Assembly (NCBI GenBank): GCA_965216785.1
Contig: OZ244197.1
Span: 992,001 to 1,056,000 of the forward strand
Direction: 5' to 3'
From: Thermodesulfobacteriota bacterium
GTDB taxonomy: Bacteria; Desulfobacterota_D; UBA1144; Nemesobacterales; UBA2774
Length of the DNA: 64,000 nt
The notes beneath the pieces were generated by a model. That model worked only from the letters and a program-made list of their open reading frames with translations, did not search any database and had not been told where the DNA came from. Within the stretch, counting starts at the first letter, position 1. Each line of letters opens with the position of its first letter. Both the position numbers and the translations under genes were made by a program. Positions 42,007-52,714 of this stretch are shown here, in pieces.

Positions 42007-42429
42007 TCAGGCTTCAAATTCTAATAAATATGTCTTCCCTTTCATTTCTATCTCTTTGGCCGAGCGGTAAGTAAAGATATTTTCCCAAAAATGATCTTCG
42101 GGCTCCTCATTACCCTCTAGTCTTAGCTTTTTTATTAGCTCCCAGTACGCTTCATCATCGGGAAGATCGGGCAGTAGATCGAATAGAGTCGCTATGTGCG
42201 GTCTGTCGGCTTCATCGACGGTTTCCCAGCTTACCCACTGTTGATTTTTCTTCGATATGAAGAGCTTGTCCCCGGGATTATTATGCCGGGTTTCACTGAG
42301 CGTCCAAGCCGGGATGTACTCTGTATAGTAATAATCAAAAGCACTTTCCAGAATGTCGCTCCATTTAAGCGTTACGGAATTGGATTGTTCAGAATCTGTC
42401 TCTGCGTGGTTCGTGGCTTCTTTACACAT
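42007..42429 (-). CDS. Hypothetical acidic protein
   Basis: 140-aa ORF with GGAG RBS; no recognised motif. Confidence 0.6.
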   Translation of the reverse strand: MCKEATNHAETDSEQSNSVTLKWSDILESAFDYYYTEYIPAWTLSETRHNNPGDKLFISKKNQQWVSWETVDEADRPHIATLFDLLPDLPDDEAYWELIKKLRLEGNEEPEDHFWENIFTYRSAKEIEMKGKTYLLEFEA

Positions 42430-42526
42430 TTTGCTTCTCCAAGCTTTAGTGCGCTACCCTTACAGTGATTATATAACATGCATAAATGCCCAAATCTACA
42501 GGAATTTATGTTACCCTACCTGATAG

Positions 42527-42542
42527 TGCAAAAACTATGCCA
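42527..42542 (-). promoter_or_regulatory. Sigma-54 (-24/-12) promoter candidate
   Basis: Minus strand TGGCATAGTTTTTGCA fits TGGCAC-N5-TTGCW with exact spacing, ~100 nt upstream of the 42429 start. Confidence 0.55.
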
Positions 42543-42707
42543 GGAGCATGCATTTGTGTAACTTCCCTCAATTGTTTGTTTTTTCACATTCGCTTGTTTT
42601 GATATAGGGGAAAATCTTAACAAATTTCGTCAATAATCGATGGAAGTTTGCATTATATTGAACAAGAACGGTTTTTTTTATAAACTTAGAGTCCGAGGTA
42701 ATAAACC

Positions 42708-43787
42708 ATGCCTGAATCTATTCCCGAGCCCCTAAAAAAGTATGTAGACCGCTCCGCGCCAAAAGAGCTCCGCTTAACGGCGGCCCGGGGTTTAATACCT
42801 CTAAGCCCAAACGAGCTTGCGCACCTTTTGTACTTACTTACTCAAGACGAGGACAGAGAAGTTGGGGAGGAGGCCAAAAAATCTTTAAGCGAGATACCAG
42901 AAGCGGTAATATCCACGGTACTTTCTGACGTAAATTCACCTCCTGAGGTTCTTGACTATATAGCAAGAACATCGCTTCAGGAAGCGGGGCTTGAGAAAAT
43001 AATCGTGAACAGCTCTACCCCTGATCTCACAATATCCTACCTCGCGGAGCATACAGACTCTCAAAAGCTTCTTGAGCTTATATCAACTAACCACCAGAGA
43101 ATAGTACGTTCATCTGAAATTGTAGAAGCTCTCAGTAAAAATCCCATGGTCAGCCGCTCCACACTTGACAGTGTTATCGATTACCTGAGTCTGTATCTAG
43201 GTGAGGATGCCGATATTCCCGTACGCGCTGATAATATAAGCACGGAAACCACGAGCGAAGATCCGCAAGTTGAGCCAGAGCCCGGCAGCTCGTTTTTAGA
43301 CGAAGCGGAAGTTAACGAAGAGCTCCTTGAAGAAAGCACTGAAGCGCAAGATGATGAAGCGGAAGGCAAGCGTGAAAATATTCAGGTTGAGATTAGTCAA
43401 ATGAGTATTGGCGAGAGAATTAAGCTTGCAATAAAGGGAAACAGGGACGCAAGGACAGCCCTTGTCCGAGACCCTAATAGAATAGTGTCAAGGGCCGTAC
43501 TTAAGAACCCGCGCCTCACAGATACTGAGATTGTGCTCATATCGCAGTCAAAGATAGTTAATGATGAAATACTGAGGGAAATATCCGATACGAGAAAGTG
43601 GTCCAAGATGTATCCTGTGAAGCTTGCGCTTGTCAGTAACCCGAAAACGCCGCCCCACATATCCGTCAATCTGGTAAGGCATCTAAGGGATCATGATCTC
43701 CGCTCTATCATGTGGAGTAAAAACCTCCCCGGTGTAATCACAAGCGCCGCAAAAAATATTATGCACTCAAGAAGAGACAGGAAGTAA
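42708..43787 (+). CDS. Conserved hypothetical alpha-helical repeat protein (deltaproteobacterial type)
   Basis: AARGLIPL, acidic linker, IKLAIKGN..AR..LVRD.N, VLKNP, ALV.NPKTP. Confidence 0.75.
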   Translation: MPESIPEPLKKYVDRSAPKELRLTAARGLIPLSPNELAHLLYLLTQDEDREVGEEAKKSLSEIPEAVISTVLSDVNSPPEVLDYIARTSLQEAGLEKIIVNSSTPDLTISYLAEHTDSQKLLELISTNHQRIVRSSEIVEALSKNPMVSRSTLDSVIDYLSLYLGEDADIPVRADNISTETTSEDPQVEPEPGSSFLDEAEVNEELLEESTEAQDDEAEGKRENIQVEISQMSIGERIKLAIKGNRDARTALVRDPNRIVSRAVLKNPRLTDTEIVLISQSKIVNDEILREISDTRKWSKMYPVKLALVSNPKTPPHISVNLVRHLRDHDLRSIMWSKNLPGVITSAAKNIMHSRRDRK

Positions 43788-43821
43788 GCGGGGTATTCAC
43801 ATGCCCGGTTTATGGTTATAT

Positions 43822-44778
43822 ATGACTGAAGAAAATAAAACGCAGATACTAAAAATAACAAAAGAGCTTTCAGGTAAAAGGGCGGACGTCGTTCTATCTG
43901 AGTTTTTGTCCGAGCAGACGCGATCACAGATTAAAAAGCTCATAGATGACAAGATGATCGTGCTGCAAGACAGGGCTATAAAACCCTCAACTAAATTTGA
44001 CGAGGGCGATGTGGTGCAAATTACTCTGCCCGAGCCTGAGCCGATGGATCTTGCGCCGGAGGATTTGTCTATCGAGCTGCTTTACGAGGATGAATGCATA
44101 GCGGTTGTAAATAAGCCGCCGGGAATGACGGTGCATCCGGGCGCGGGTGTTAAACACGGCACTCTTGTAAACGCGCTTCTTTATAAATGTAAGGACCTGT
44201 CCGGAATCGGTGGGAAGATCAGACCCGGTATAGTGCATAGGCTGGACAAAGATACTTCGGGGGTAATGGTCGTCGCGAAAAATGATAAGGCGCATAACTC
44301 CTTGGTCGAGCAGTTTAAGACAAGAGAAGTCAAAAAGAAATATATCGCCATAGTCGAAGGAAAAGTGAAAACGGACTCTGGTGTGATTGAGTCAGAGATC
44401 GGCAGGCATCCTACGAATAGAATAAAGATGTCCTCTAAAGCTAAAGCAGGAAGAGTTTCTGTTACAAAATGGAAAGCGCTCGAGCGCTACGGCGCCGCAA
44501 CCCTACTCGAGGCCGAGCCCAAAACCGGCAGAACTCACCAGATAAGGGTCCATTTTTCAGAGTCTGGTTATCCTATTTTGGCCGATAAGGTTTACGGAAC
44601 GAAAAAAGTTAGAAACGATGTGCTAAAGAGCGCTTCTAAAATGATGGGAAGACAGGCCCTTCACGCGGCTGAGCTCGGGTTCAAGCATCCGGTCACGGGT
44701 GAGCTCTTAACATTTAAATCACCACTGCCACAAGATATGGAAAACACGATTGAATATTTAAAGCACATTGAAGGATAA
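43822..44778 (+). CDS. rluD: RluA/RluD family 23S rRNA pseudouridine synthase
   Basis: S4 domain, NKPPGMTVHP, GIVHRLDKDTSG, TGRTHQIRVH, RQALHA. Confidence 0.88.
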   Translation: MTEENKTQILKITKELSGKRADVVLSEFLSEQTRSQIKKLIDDKMIVLQDRAIKPSTKFDEGDVVQITLPEPEPMDLAPEDLSIELLYEDECIAVVNKPPGMTVHPGAGVKHGTLVNALLYKCKDLSGIGGKIRPGIVHRLDKDTSGVMVVAKNDKAHNSLVEQFKTREVKKKYIAIVEGKVKTDSGVIESEIGRHPTNRIKMSSKAKAGRVSVTKWKALERYGAATLLEAEPKTGRTHQIRVHFSESGYPILADKVYGTKKVRNDVLKSASKMMGRQALHAAELGFKHPVTGELLTFKSPLPQDMENTIEYLKHIEG

Positions 44779-44787
44779 ATTAGATTA

Positions 44788-45471
44788 ATGAAACTTGCCG
44801 AATCAAAGCTCATTTCCTCAATTAAAGGGGTTGCGCACGGGTTCTCCGATAAATCCCTCGGTGATAACGCTTCAGAAATAGCCCGCCTACTTAATTTATC
44901 AAAGATTACTCTCTTAAAGCAGGTACATAGCGACAAAGTGGTTATTGTAGATGATATTAATGCCGAGACCGCCCGCCTGGAAGGGGACGCTTTAGTAACC
45001 GGATTGAGCGGCTTTGGCGTAGGAGTGGCCACAGCAGACTGCGTTCCTATATTGCTGGCGTCCGGCAACGCACGGGTAGTGGCCGCAGTGCACGCGGGGT
45101 GGCGCGGGACATTGAGTGAGATTATCGTCAATACAATCAAGGTTATAAGAGACCGATACGGAATAGAGCCTGAAAACTTAAAGGCCGCGATTGGCCCATC
45201 TATAGGAAAATGCTGTTACGAAGTAGGTGAGGAAGTGGGCTCCGAGTTTAGTGGGAAGTATGAAGATACAAGTGAATATTTGGCTGACAAGGGTAATGGT
45301 AAATACATTCTTGATTTAAAGAGGGCTAACAGTCTACTGCTTAAGAGAGAAGGAATATCGGAAATAGAAGTGCTGGATGTATGCACAAAGTGCAGTGAAG
45401 ATTATTATTCCTACAGAGGAGATGGTAAGGGCACGGGCCGCCAGCTGAGCGTTATCGGTATAGTCCGCTAG
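44788..45471 (+). CDS. pgeF: Peptidoglycan editing factor PgeF (YfiH)
   Basis: QVHS, ADCVPIL, HAGWRG, IGPSIG.CCYEV, YSYR. Confidence 0.92.
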   Translation: MKLAESKLISSIKGVAHGFSDKSLGDNASEIARLLNLSKITLLKQVHSDKVVIVDDINAETARLEGDALVTGLSGFGVGVATADCVPILLASGNARVVAAVHAGWRGTLSEIIVNTIKVIRDRYGIEPENLKAAIGPSIGKCCYEVGEEVGSEFSGKYEDTSEYLADKGNGKYILDLKRANSLLLKREGISEIEVLDVCTKCSEDYYSYRGDGKGTGRQLSVIGIVR

Positions 45472-45545
45472 GCCCTCAAAGTGTGTTAATATTTTTCTGA
45501 GAAGGTATAATGTTTGGAAATTTCGTAGATTTCAATTCAATTTGA

Positions 45546-46016
45546 TTGGAGACAATTATGCTTCAGATAATGTGCTGGGTCGATTCGGAAGACTATTGGT
45601 ATTTAAACTCGATGAACGAGAAAAAAGAAGCTATAGATTACTACGTTTACCGCTTTGTAGTTGAGGGCGGGGGCGAGGGTATGGGCAGCAGCGCTATAAC
45701 TCTTTTGGTCGCGGAGTTTAATAACGCCAAGATGTCGGTTGGTTTTGTAATCCCAAACGATTTTAAGCTCGATAAGGACATAACTTTCAGGTTTATCTGT
45801 AACGACAGCCCCTCAAACGATATCGCGGTTGAGACAAAGCTTTCCGAAGAGGTGAAAAAAGCGTCTTATATGGGTAATGATCACGAAAAAATCGAGTACA
45901 TAGGCTTTACGCTAGAGAAGTTTTACGAAGGTCATGACGCGAAATTCTATCTGAACGATCTAAGGCCAAAGACTGAAAATAGCAGCGAGGAAAGTGGGGA
46001 AGGCCCTCAGCCTTAA
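45546..46016 (+). CDS. Hypothetical protein
   Basis: 156-aa ORF between pgeF and argG; start uncertain. Confidence 0.6.
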   Translation: METIMLQIMCWVDSEDYWYLNSMNEKKEAIDYYVYRFVVEGGGEGMGSSAITLLVAEFNNAKMSVGFVIPNDFKLDKDITFRFICNDSPSNDIAVETKLSEEVKKASYMGNDHEKIEYIGFTLEKFYEGHDAKFYLNDLRPKTENSSEESGEGPQP

Positions 46017-46155
46017 CCGCGCTAAATCGTCTAATCAAGTTGTTCTTAACTCGAAAAAATAACAGATTCTAAAGGTACTTGGACTGACCCGGTTTTAATC
46101 TCGTTACGGCGATTTATGTTCCAGGGTCAAATGGTTTAGGGAGGAATTATAAGAT

Positions 46156-47364
46156 ATGAGTGATACTAAAAAAATAGTGCTGGCTTACTCGGGGGGGCTG
46201 GACACCTCGGTTATTCTGAAGTGGCTTGCCGAGGAGTACGAGGCGGAGGTGATAGCCTACGTTGCAGACGTGGGACAGGGGGAAGACCTTGAAGAGGTAA
46301 GAGAGAAAGCGATCAGTACGGGCGCAAGTAAAGTGTATATAGAGGATTTAAAGGAAGAGTTTGTAAAGGACTTCGTATTCACAGCTATAAAAGCGGGCAG
46401 TATTTACGAAGGGACTTATCTTCTCGGCACCTCGCTTGCCCGCCCGCTAATCGCAAAGAGGCAGATAGAGATAGCAAACGAAGAAAATGCATTTGCAGTC
46501 TCTCACGGCTCCACGGGGAAAGGGAACGATCAGGTGCGGTTCGAGCTCACTTACTACGCTCTTGATCCGCAGATACAGGTGATCGCCCCCTGGCGGGATT
46601 GGAACCTTAACTCGAGAACCGCGCTATTAGCGTACGCAGAGAAGAATGGGATTCCTGTACCGGTGACTCAGAAAAAACCCTATAGCTGCGACAGAAACCT
46701 GCTTCATATAAGCTACGAAGGGGGGATACTCGAAGACCCGTGGTCTGAGGCCCCTGAGGATATGTTCGAGATGACGGTGTCTCCGGAGAACGCTCCAGAC
46801 GAAGCGGTTTTTATAGATATAGATTTTGAGAACGGCGAGGCGGTAAAATTGGACGGAAAAGCCCTTAGCCCGGCTGAGCTGCTGGGCACGCTTAATAAAA
46901 TCGGGGGAGCAAACGGCGTAGGCCGTGTGGATATGGTAGAGAACCGTTTTGTCGGGATGAAATCGAGAGGGGTGTATGAAACCCCCGGCGGCACAATATT
47001 ACTTGCTGCCCACAGAGCGCTTGAATCTCTCACGATGGACCGTGAAGTGATGCACTTAAGAGACGGTCTTATGCCTAAAATCGCAGAGCTCATATACTAC
47101 GGGTTCTGGTACTCGCCCGAAATGGATATGCTTAAAGCAGCGGTCGATGAGTCTCAAAAGAACGTCACCGGAACGGTGAAGCTTAAGATTTATAAGGGAA
47201 ACGTGATTATTGCCGGAAGGAAATCTCCTTACTCGCTCTATCAGGAAGACCTGGCTACTTTTGAGGAAGACAGCATTTACGATCAGTCAGACGCTACCGG
47301 ATTCATAAAGCTAAACGCGCTCAGGCTGTCCGTCAGGAAAATGCTCGAAAAAAAGGGCGGTTGA
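46156..47364 (+). CDS. argG: Argininosuccinate synthase
   Basis: [42 protein letters not shown]. Confidence 0.98.
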   Translation: MSDTKKIVLAYSGGLDTSVILKWLAEEYEAEVIAYVADVGQGEDLEEVREKAISTGASKVYIEDLKEEFVKDFVFTAIKAGSIYEGTYLLGTSLARPLIAKRQIEIANEENAFAVSHGSTGKGNDQVRFELTYYALDPQIQVIAPWRDWNLNSRTALLAYAEKNGIPVPVTQKKPYSCDRNLLHISYEGGILEDPWSEAPEDMFEMTVSPENAPDEAVFIDIDFENGEAVKLDGKALSPAELLGTLNKIGGANGVGRVDMVENRFVGMKSRGVYETPGGTILLAAHRALESLTMDREVMHLRDGLMPKIAELIYYGFWYSPEMDMLKAAVDESQKNVTGTVKLKIYKGNVIIAGRKSPYSLYQEDLATFEEDSIYDQSDATGFIKLNALRLSVRKMLEKKGG

Positions 47365-47374
47365 AAGGGGCTTC

Positions 47375-48382
47375 ATGAAAACGTCTGATTTTGACTACGT
47401 ACTGCCAGATGAGAGAATCGCTTACCACCCTTTAAAAGATAGACAAAACTCAAAGCTTATGGTCCTTGATAGGCAGGATCGTAGTATTCTCCACAAAAGA
47501 TTCTACGAGCTTACAGAGCTGCTACGTCAGGGAGACTTGTTAATATTTAATAACACAAAGGTGATCCCGGCCCGTATTTTCGGTAAAAAGAAATCGGGGG
47601 CAGAGATAGAAGTACTGCTTCTTGAGCGCATTGATGGAAACAAGTGGAAGTGTCTTGCAAGAAATCCTAAAGAAGGGGCCCAGCTTGAGTTCGAACAAGG
47701 GGTAACGGGCAGGCTTAGCAGCTTGAACAGCAGTGAATGGACTATAGAATTCAGCGAAGATGTCTCCGCATTCTTAAATAAGCATGGGCGGATGCCGCTT
47801 CCTCCGTATATAAAAAGAGAAGCGGAAGAAGCGGACAAAGTTACGTATCAGACTGTTTACGCACAGAGGGAGGGCGCCGCCGCGGCTCCTACAGCGGGAC
47901 TCCATTTTACCCCCGGGCTTATAGAAGAGATGGAAAAAAGGGGTATAGAGACAGGGTACGTCACGCTCCACGTAGGGCTTGGCACGTTCTTGCCCGTGAA
48001 GGACGAGAATATTGCAGACCACGTTATGCATAGCGAGTATATAGAGGTGCCGGAGCGAACCGCTGCCCTGGTGAATGAAGCGAAGCGTGAAGGTCGCAGG
48101 GTGATAGCCGTAGGTACAACTGTGGTAAGGACGCTTGAGTCTTGTGTTAATGAGGAGGGCCGGGTTCATGAAAACTCCGGCAGGACGGAGCTTTTTATTA
48201 CGCCCGGGTTTAAGTTTAAAGTTGTGGACGCACTGATTACGAATTTTCATCTCCCGCGCTCAACACTACTGATGCTGGTGTCGGCTTTTGCGGGTAAGGA
48301 GTTTATATTTAAGGCTTACGAAGAAGCGCTTCTCGGAGACTACAGGTTTCTTAGCTACGGGGACGCTATGTTTATATGCTAG
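47375..48382 (+). CDS. queA: S-adenosylmethionine:tRNA ribosyltransferase-isomerase
   Basis: PLPPYI, YQTVYA, APTAGLHF, VGTT, TNFHLP, SYGDAM. Confidence 0.97.
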   Translation: MKTSDFDYVLPDERIAYHPLKDRQNSKLMVLDRQDRSILHKRFYELTELLRQGDLLIFNNTKVIPARIFGKKKSGAEIEVLLLERIDGNKWKCLARNPKEGAQLEFEQGVTGRLSSLNSSEWTIEFSEDVSAFLNKHGRMPLPPYIKREAEEADKVTYQTVYAQREGAAAAPTAGLHFTPGLIEEMEKRGIETGYVTLHVGLGTFLPVKDENIADHVMHSEYIEVPERTAALVNEAKREGRRVIAVGTTVVRTLESCVNEEGRVHENSGRTELFITPGFKFKVVDALITNFHLPRSTLLMLVSAFAGKEFIFKAYEEALLGDYRFLSYGDAMFIC

Positions 48383-48395
48383 AGAGGAGTGTTAA

Positions 48396-49652
48396 GTGCA
48401 AGTAAAAATAGAAAGCTTGGCCGCTGGCGGCGCCGGAATCGCAAAAGTAGACGGGAAGGTTTATTTCGTTACGGGAGGGCTGCCGGATGACCTTTTGGAA
48501 ATAAAGGTAGTAAGGGATAGGGGGAAGTTCGCAGAGGCCGTGATAACTGAGATTGTTGAGCCCTCAGAGCACAGAGTAGAGGCCCCGTGCCCTGTTTTCG
48601 ATAGCTGCGGCGGGTGTCAGCTCCAGACTTTGGATTATGACTCACAGCTAAGGGAAAAAGAGAGTATAACCTGTGAAACACTTAGAAGAATTGGAGGTTT
48701 TGAGAATTTTGATATAGAGCCTATAAAAGCCTCTGCTGAGCACTACGGCTACAGAAACCGGGTAACTCTGAGCACTTTCTTTTATTCCGGGATGTGGCAT
48801 ATCGGATATAATCAGAAGAGGAGTAACCGTAAGGTTAAAATAGAGGGCTGCCCGGTGTCGGATAACCTGATTGAATCTGCGATAGGGCGTTTGTCCGGCG
48901 TACTGTCGTCAATAAGTGATCCTTCATACTCACTTGAAAAAGTTCATATCTCTTCAAACGGTCTCAAGCCATACATCACATTGGTCACTAAGCAGGGTAG
49001 GAGGCCCGATACGCTGAATGTGCTGATAAAGCATCTTAAGCGATATGAGGAGACAGAGAACATATCTGTATTGGGTCAGAGAGAGGTCGAGTTTGAGTAC
49101 GAGAGCGCCGGGTTTACATTTATATCAAGGCCCTCTGTATTCGCTCAGGCTAACTACAGCGTGAATGCGGCAATGGTGGAGACGGTTGTCGAATGGGCCG
49201 GTAGTGATGGCGCAGACCGTATTCTTGATCTTTATTGCGGGACAGGGAATTTCTCTTTACCCCTTTCCCGGCAAGCGCTCTCAGTGGACGCCGTCGAGAT
49301 TAACCGAAGCGCGGTGAACCTGGCGAAAAGGAGCGCCCGGTTGAACAAGATAGATAATATCTCCTTTCATGTCTCTCCCTCGGGCCATTACATACAGGAG
49401 CTCGATAAGGACAATAGCAAGTTTGATACAGTTGTGCTTGATCCGCCGAGAGAAGGGGCCAAGGAAACCCTGGAAGGTATAGCGAGGCTCGCGCCTTCTA
49501 AAATCATCTACGTATCGTGTGATCCGGCGACACTGGCGCGGGACTTAAAGAGCTTGGCTGCTTTCGGGTACGAGCTTACCGCAGTCCGTCCCTTCGATAT
49601 GTTCCCCCAAACCTCGCATATAGAATCTGCATCATTATTAGTGGGCGCTTAA
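48396..49652 (+). CDS. rlmD: 23S rRNA (uracil-C5)-methyltransferase, RlmD/TrmA family
   Basis: TRAM domain, CP...CGGC, DLYCGTG, LDPPR, YVSCDP.TLARD, DMFPQT.HIE. Confidence 0.85.
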   Translation: MQVKIESLAAGGAGIAKVDGKVYFVTGGLPDDLLEIKVVRDRGKFAEAVITEIVEPSEHRVEAPCPVFDSCGGCQLQTLDYDSQLREKESITCETLRRIGGFENFDIEPIKASAEHYGYRNRVTLSTFFYSGMWHIGYNQKRSNRKVKIEGCPVSDNLIESAIGRLSGVLSSISDPSYSLEKVHISSNGLKPYITLVTKQGRRPDTLNVLIKHLKRYEETENISVLGQREVEFEYESAGFTFISRPSVFAQANYSVNAAMVETVVEWAGSDGADRILDLYCGTGNFSLPLSRQALSVDAVEINRSAVNLAKRSARLNKIDNISFHVSPSGHYIQELDKDNSKFDTVVLDPPREGAKETLEGIARLAPSKIIYVSCDPATLARDLKSLAAFGYELTAVRPFDMFPQTSHIESASLLVGA

Positions 49653-50512
49653 TATGAGAAGCTGTCGCTGGGGACACTCTTAACTGCTGTGTACGTTTTC
49701 TCCTGGTACTCCTTGGTTTTATAGTCATAGATTTTATATTTTTCGGTTAGATACTCCTTTTGTATAGCGCTAAAAGCCTCCCTGGCAAGCTCTTTTCTGC
49801 ATACCTTCTCCTCTGTTCCTATCGGTTCCAGAACAGATAGTTCTACGTCGATTGATTTTAGAGACAAGAGCTTGAACAGATGCTTAAAGAAAGTGATCTT
49901 GCCGTAAAAGAATACGGAAAACATATTTTCTGTTGATAGCGCTTCTCCGTTTGCTTTCGTATATTTTATACATGTGGGTAGAACGTCCGCGCGCGATAGC
50001 TGAGGCGTGCGGAAAAAGGGAGTTTTGAACGGCAGCATTCCCGTTCCGTCAGACGTTGTGCCTTCCGGGAAGAGTACTACGTTGAATCCCATGTCCATGA
50101 TGCTGGAAATTTCCTCTATCTCTTTCAAAATCCCCCACTTCCATCTTCTCTCTATAAAAACCCCGCCTGAAAGCTCGGTAATCTTTCCTAGTATTAAATT
50201 CTCCTTAACCCCGTCTACGCTTGCTACGAACACGGAGGGAAGGGCTGAGGAAATAACAAAGATGTCCAGGTATGAGAGGTGGTTCGCGGGTACAAAGAAG
50301 CTCTTGGCAGAGGAGTATGAAGAATGAATTTTAGTATCTACTCTTACGGCCAGAGCTTTTAGCAGCATACGGCACCACTGCGAGCTTAGCCTCGTGGTCA
50401 GGGTAAGTTTTTTCTTTTTATCTTTTATGAAAAGCGACAGCGGGTAGGTAACTAAAAAAAAGGAAAGAAGGAGCAGAGCGCAGAGGAAAAATCTATAGAG
50501 CTTTCTAACCAT
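49649..50512 (-). CDS. Lyso-ornithine-lipid/lysophospholipid O-acyltransferase (OlsA-like)
   Basis: NHLSYLD, FPEGTTSDG; ATG at 50512 overlaps the stop of the upstream OlsB-like gene. Confidence 0.8.
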   Translation of the reverse strand: MVRKLYRFFLCALLLLSFFLVTYPLSLFIKDKKKKLTLTTRLSSQWCRMLLKALAVRVDTKIHSSYSSAKSFFVPANHLSYLDIFVISSALPSVFVASVDGVKENLILGKITELSGGVFIERRWKWGILKEIEEISSIMDMGFNVVLFPEGTTSDGTGMLPFKTPFFRTPQLSRADVLPTCIKYTKANGEALSTENMFSVFFYGKITFFKHLFKLLSLKSIDVELSVLEPIGTEEKVCRKELAREAFSAIQKEYLTEKYKIYDYKTKEYQEKTYTAVKSVPSDSFSY

Positions 50513-51365
50513 TAACCACTTTGTACCTTTTCTCATAAGTGTCGGTCAATATCTGAAGGTCGAGCACCGTGAAAAAGTCGGCGCACTTGAACTTCTTGTC
50601 CAGAGCAGGCTCGCCGCATATCACGGATCCTGCTTTAAGATAGCTCTTGAGCAAAGCGGGGATGAACTGTCTTATGGATTCTGACTTTATATCGAATTTA
50701 TGAAACGCGTCCAGATGGTAGCCGATCTCTTTAAGCTTAAATTTCCCCTTCGGGTATACCCTCATGCTTTCAGGAGACAGATGAAGCTCCTTAATGTATT
50801 TATAGATGAGGCATATCTCGACAATGTTGGTAGTGCTTACGCTCGAGCAGCCGAACAGGTATTTTGCTTCAAGGGTTTTGATGTATTCTGATAACCCTTT
50901 CCAGAGAAGAGCGATCGCGGTGCCGTTACGGTAGTCTCTGTGAACGCATGCCCTTCCGAGCTCAATCTTAATTCCCGCCGCTTCCTTAACGCTGTCTATG
51001 GAGAATTCGGTTTCTGAGTAAAAACTGTCTGAGAATTCCGAGGATATAAGTCTGTATGTCCCCACTACTTTATTTATATTCTTGTCTATGATAATCAGAT
51101 GGTCGGACAGGAGATCGAATTTATCGATATCTATCCCAGTCAAAGTATCTTTATTTAAAGTCTCTCTGTAGAACACTTCGTAGCGCAGCTCAAGCGCCTT
51201 CTCGAGCTCGATTATATTATCAACCGTTTTAATTATGTATTTCCTACTGTCGATAAAGAGCCTTACCTTGGGTTTGAATTCGCGCATCTTCCAGTAAATC
51301 GCGCGCTTAAGCACGCCTGCGTTGGTGACTCTGTCTTTAAGAGAAATGACTTTATCTGCTAACAT
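50505..51365 (-). CDS. GNAT N-acyltransferase, ornithine-lipid synthase OlsB-like
   Basis: LRYEVF, DIDKFD..DHL, VGTYRL, FYSETEF, ELGRACVH.DYR, YLFGCSS, LLKSYL..G..ICGEPA.D..F..ADF; start revised to 51365 (RBS AGAGGAG). Confidence 0.85.
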   Translation of the reverse strand: MLADKVISLKDRVTNAGVLKRAIYWKMREFKPKVRLFIDSRKYIIKTVDNIIELEKALELRYEVFYRETLNKDTLTGIDIDKFDLLSDHLIIIDKNINKVVGTYRLISSEFSDSFYSETEFSIDSVKEAAGIKIELGRACVHRDYRNGTAIALLWKGLSEYIKTLEAKYLFGCSSVSTTNIVEICLIYKYIKELHLSPESMRVYPKGKFKLKEIGYHLDAFHKFDIKSESIRQFIPALLKSYLKAGSVICGEPALDKKFKCADFFTVLDLQILTDTYEKRYKVVNG

Positions 51366-51386
51366 TCGTCTCTCCTCTGAAATGTC

Positions 51387-51448
51387 ATAGTATAGAAATA
51401 CCACGGTTGTATTTATGCAGTGTGAAGCCAGGGTTAAATCTGTGTTTA
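51387..51448 (-). promoter_or_regulatory. 11-bp-phased Pho-box-like repeats plus -10 for the olsB-olsA-like operon
   Basis: Minus-strand TAAAC/TTAAC/TTCAC/TAAAT at plus coordinates 51444/51433/51422/51411; TACTAT at 51387-51392. Confidence 0.5.
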
Positions 51449-51643
51449 ACACTCTTATCGTTATGTCTGTAACGTGTATAATTTTTATATTGGTCAAAAT
51501 GAGAGAATATGAAACGGCGGGCTTGCTTGAGATGGATGCAGTTTGTAAAAAAAGGCGCCTAATATTAAAATAACCATATATCACAGGTAGACGATACATT
51601 TAAATTTCATAATCTGAGATAGGTATCAATCTCATTTGCTAAC

Positions 51644-52678
51644 ATGAAGATATTATTTGGTATACAGGGAACAGGCAACGGTCATATCTCCCGCTCAAAA
51701 GAGATCGTTAAGGAGCTCATGAAATCCGCCAGCGTCGATGTGCTCTTAAGCGGAACACAGCACGAAGTGAACGTGGATTTTGAGATCAAATACAAATACC
51801 CGGGACTCGGATATACGTTCGGAAAGAGGGGCGGGATTGATTATATGGACTCTTTCAGGACTTTTAGTCCCTATAAGCTGATTTCAAATATCCGGGGGCT
51901 GCCCGTACGTGATTATGATCTTGTAGTTACAGATTTTGAGCCCGTAACAGCATGGGCCTGCAGGGCTAAGGGAGTGCCGTGTATCTCAATTTCACACCAG
52001 GCCGCTTTGCTGTCGCCCAAGACCCCGAGGCCCCAGGAAAAAAACGGTTTTCAGCAGCTGGTGCTCAAGTGGTACGCACCGGGGACTACTTTGATCGGGC
52101 TCCACTTTAAGGAGTATGACGATTTTATTAAAACACCGGTCATACGTAAGGAGATGCGCTGTACCGATGTAAGCAACAACGGCCATTATACGGTCTATCT
52201 GCCTTCGTACGATGATAAATTCTTGTGCGGGATCCTGAATAAAATTGACGTGCCCTGGGAAGTATTCTCAAAACATCATAAAGGCCAGTCTTACAGGGAC
52301 GGCAATGTCCGGGTATTTCCTGTGGATGGTAATAAATTTGTGGAGAGCTTCTCAAGCTGTGAGGGGATAATCTCAAACGCGGGGTTCGAGACGCCCTCCG
52401 AGGCTCTTTTCTTCGGCAAAAAACTGTTAGCCATACCGATGCGAAGGCAGTACGAGCAGGAGTGTAACGCCGAGGCGCTTAAGCAGCTGGGCGTAAAAGT
52501 CGTGTATTCGATCGGTCCTGATTTTGACAAAACAGTTGCCGAGTGGATCGAGTCCTCTTTTGTGTATCATGCCGATTACGGGGATAATCTGCCGGAGCTT
52601 GCAGAAATGATTTTAGCGCACGCTACGGATAATGAAGTTGTGGAAGAGCCCCTTACGGTTACAGAGATCGAGCAGTAA
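51644..52678 (+). CDS. Glycosyltransferase, MJ1255/VC2487 (GT1/GT28-like) family
   Basis: MKILFGIQGTGNGHISR, TDFEP, NAGFETPSEAL, QYEQECNA. Confidence 0.85.
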   Translation: MKILFGIQGTGNGHISRSKEIVKELMKSASVDVLLSGTQHEVNVDFEIKYKYPGLGYTFGKRGGIDYMDSFRTFSPYKLISNIRGLPVRDYDLVVTDFEPVTAWACRAKGVPCISISHQAALLSPKTPRPQEKNGFQQLVLKWYAPGTTLIGLHFKEYDDFIKTPVIRKEMRCTDVSNNGHYTVYLPSYDDKFLCGILNKIDVPWEVFSKHHKGQSYRDGNVRVFPVDGNKFVESFSSCEGIISNAGFETPSEALFFGKKLLAIPMRRQYEQECNAEALKQLGVKVVYSIGPDFDKTVAEWIESSFVYHADYGDNLPELAEMILAHATDNEVVEEPLTVTEIEQ

Positions 52679-52714
52679 ATATATTAAATAAAGCTTAGTC
52701 CCAATCTATCCGGC

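Noticed and set aside
46087-46130. Hairpin TGACCC...GGGTCA upstream of argG as a riboswitch
   Set aside because: Short imperfect pairing with no recognisable aptamer motif or expression platform.
51366-51599. 78-aa N-terminal extension of the OlsB-like ORF
   Set aside because: The region contains promoter-like boxes, and a good RBS precedes ATG 51365.
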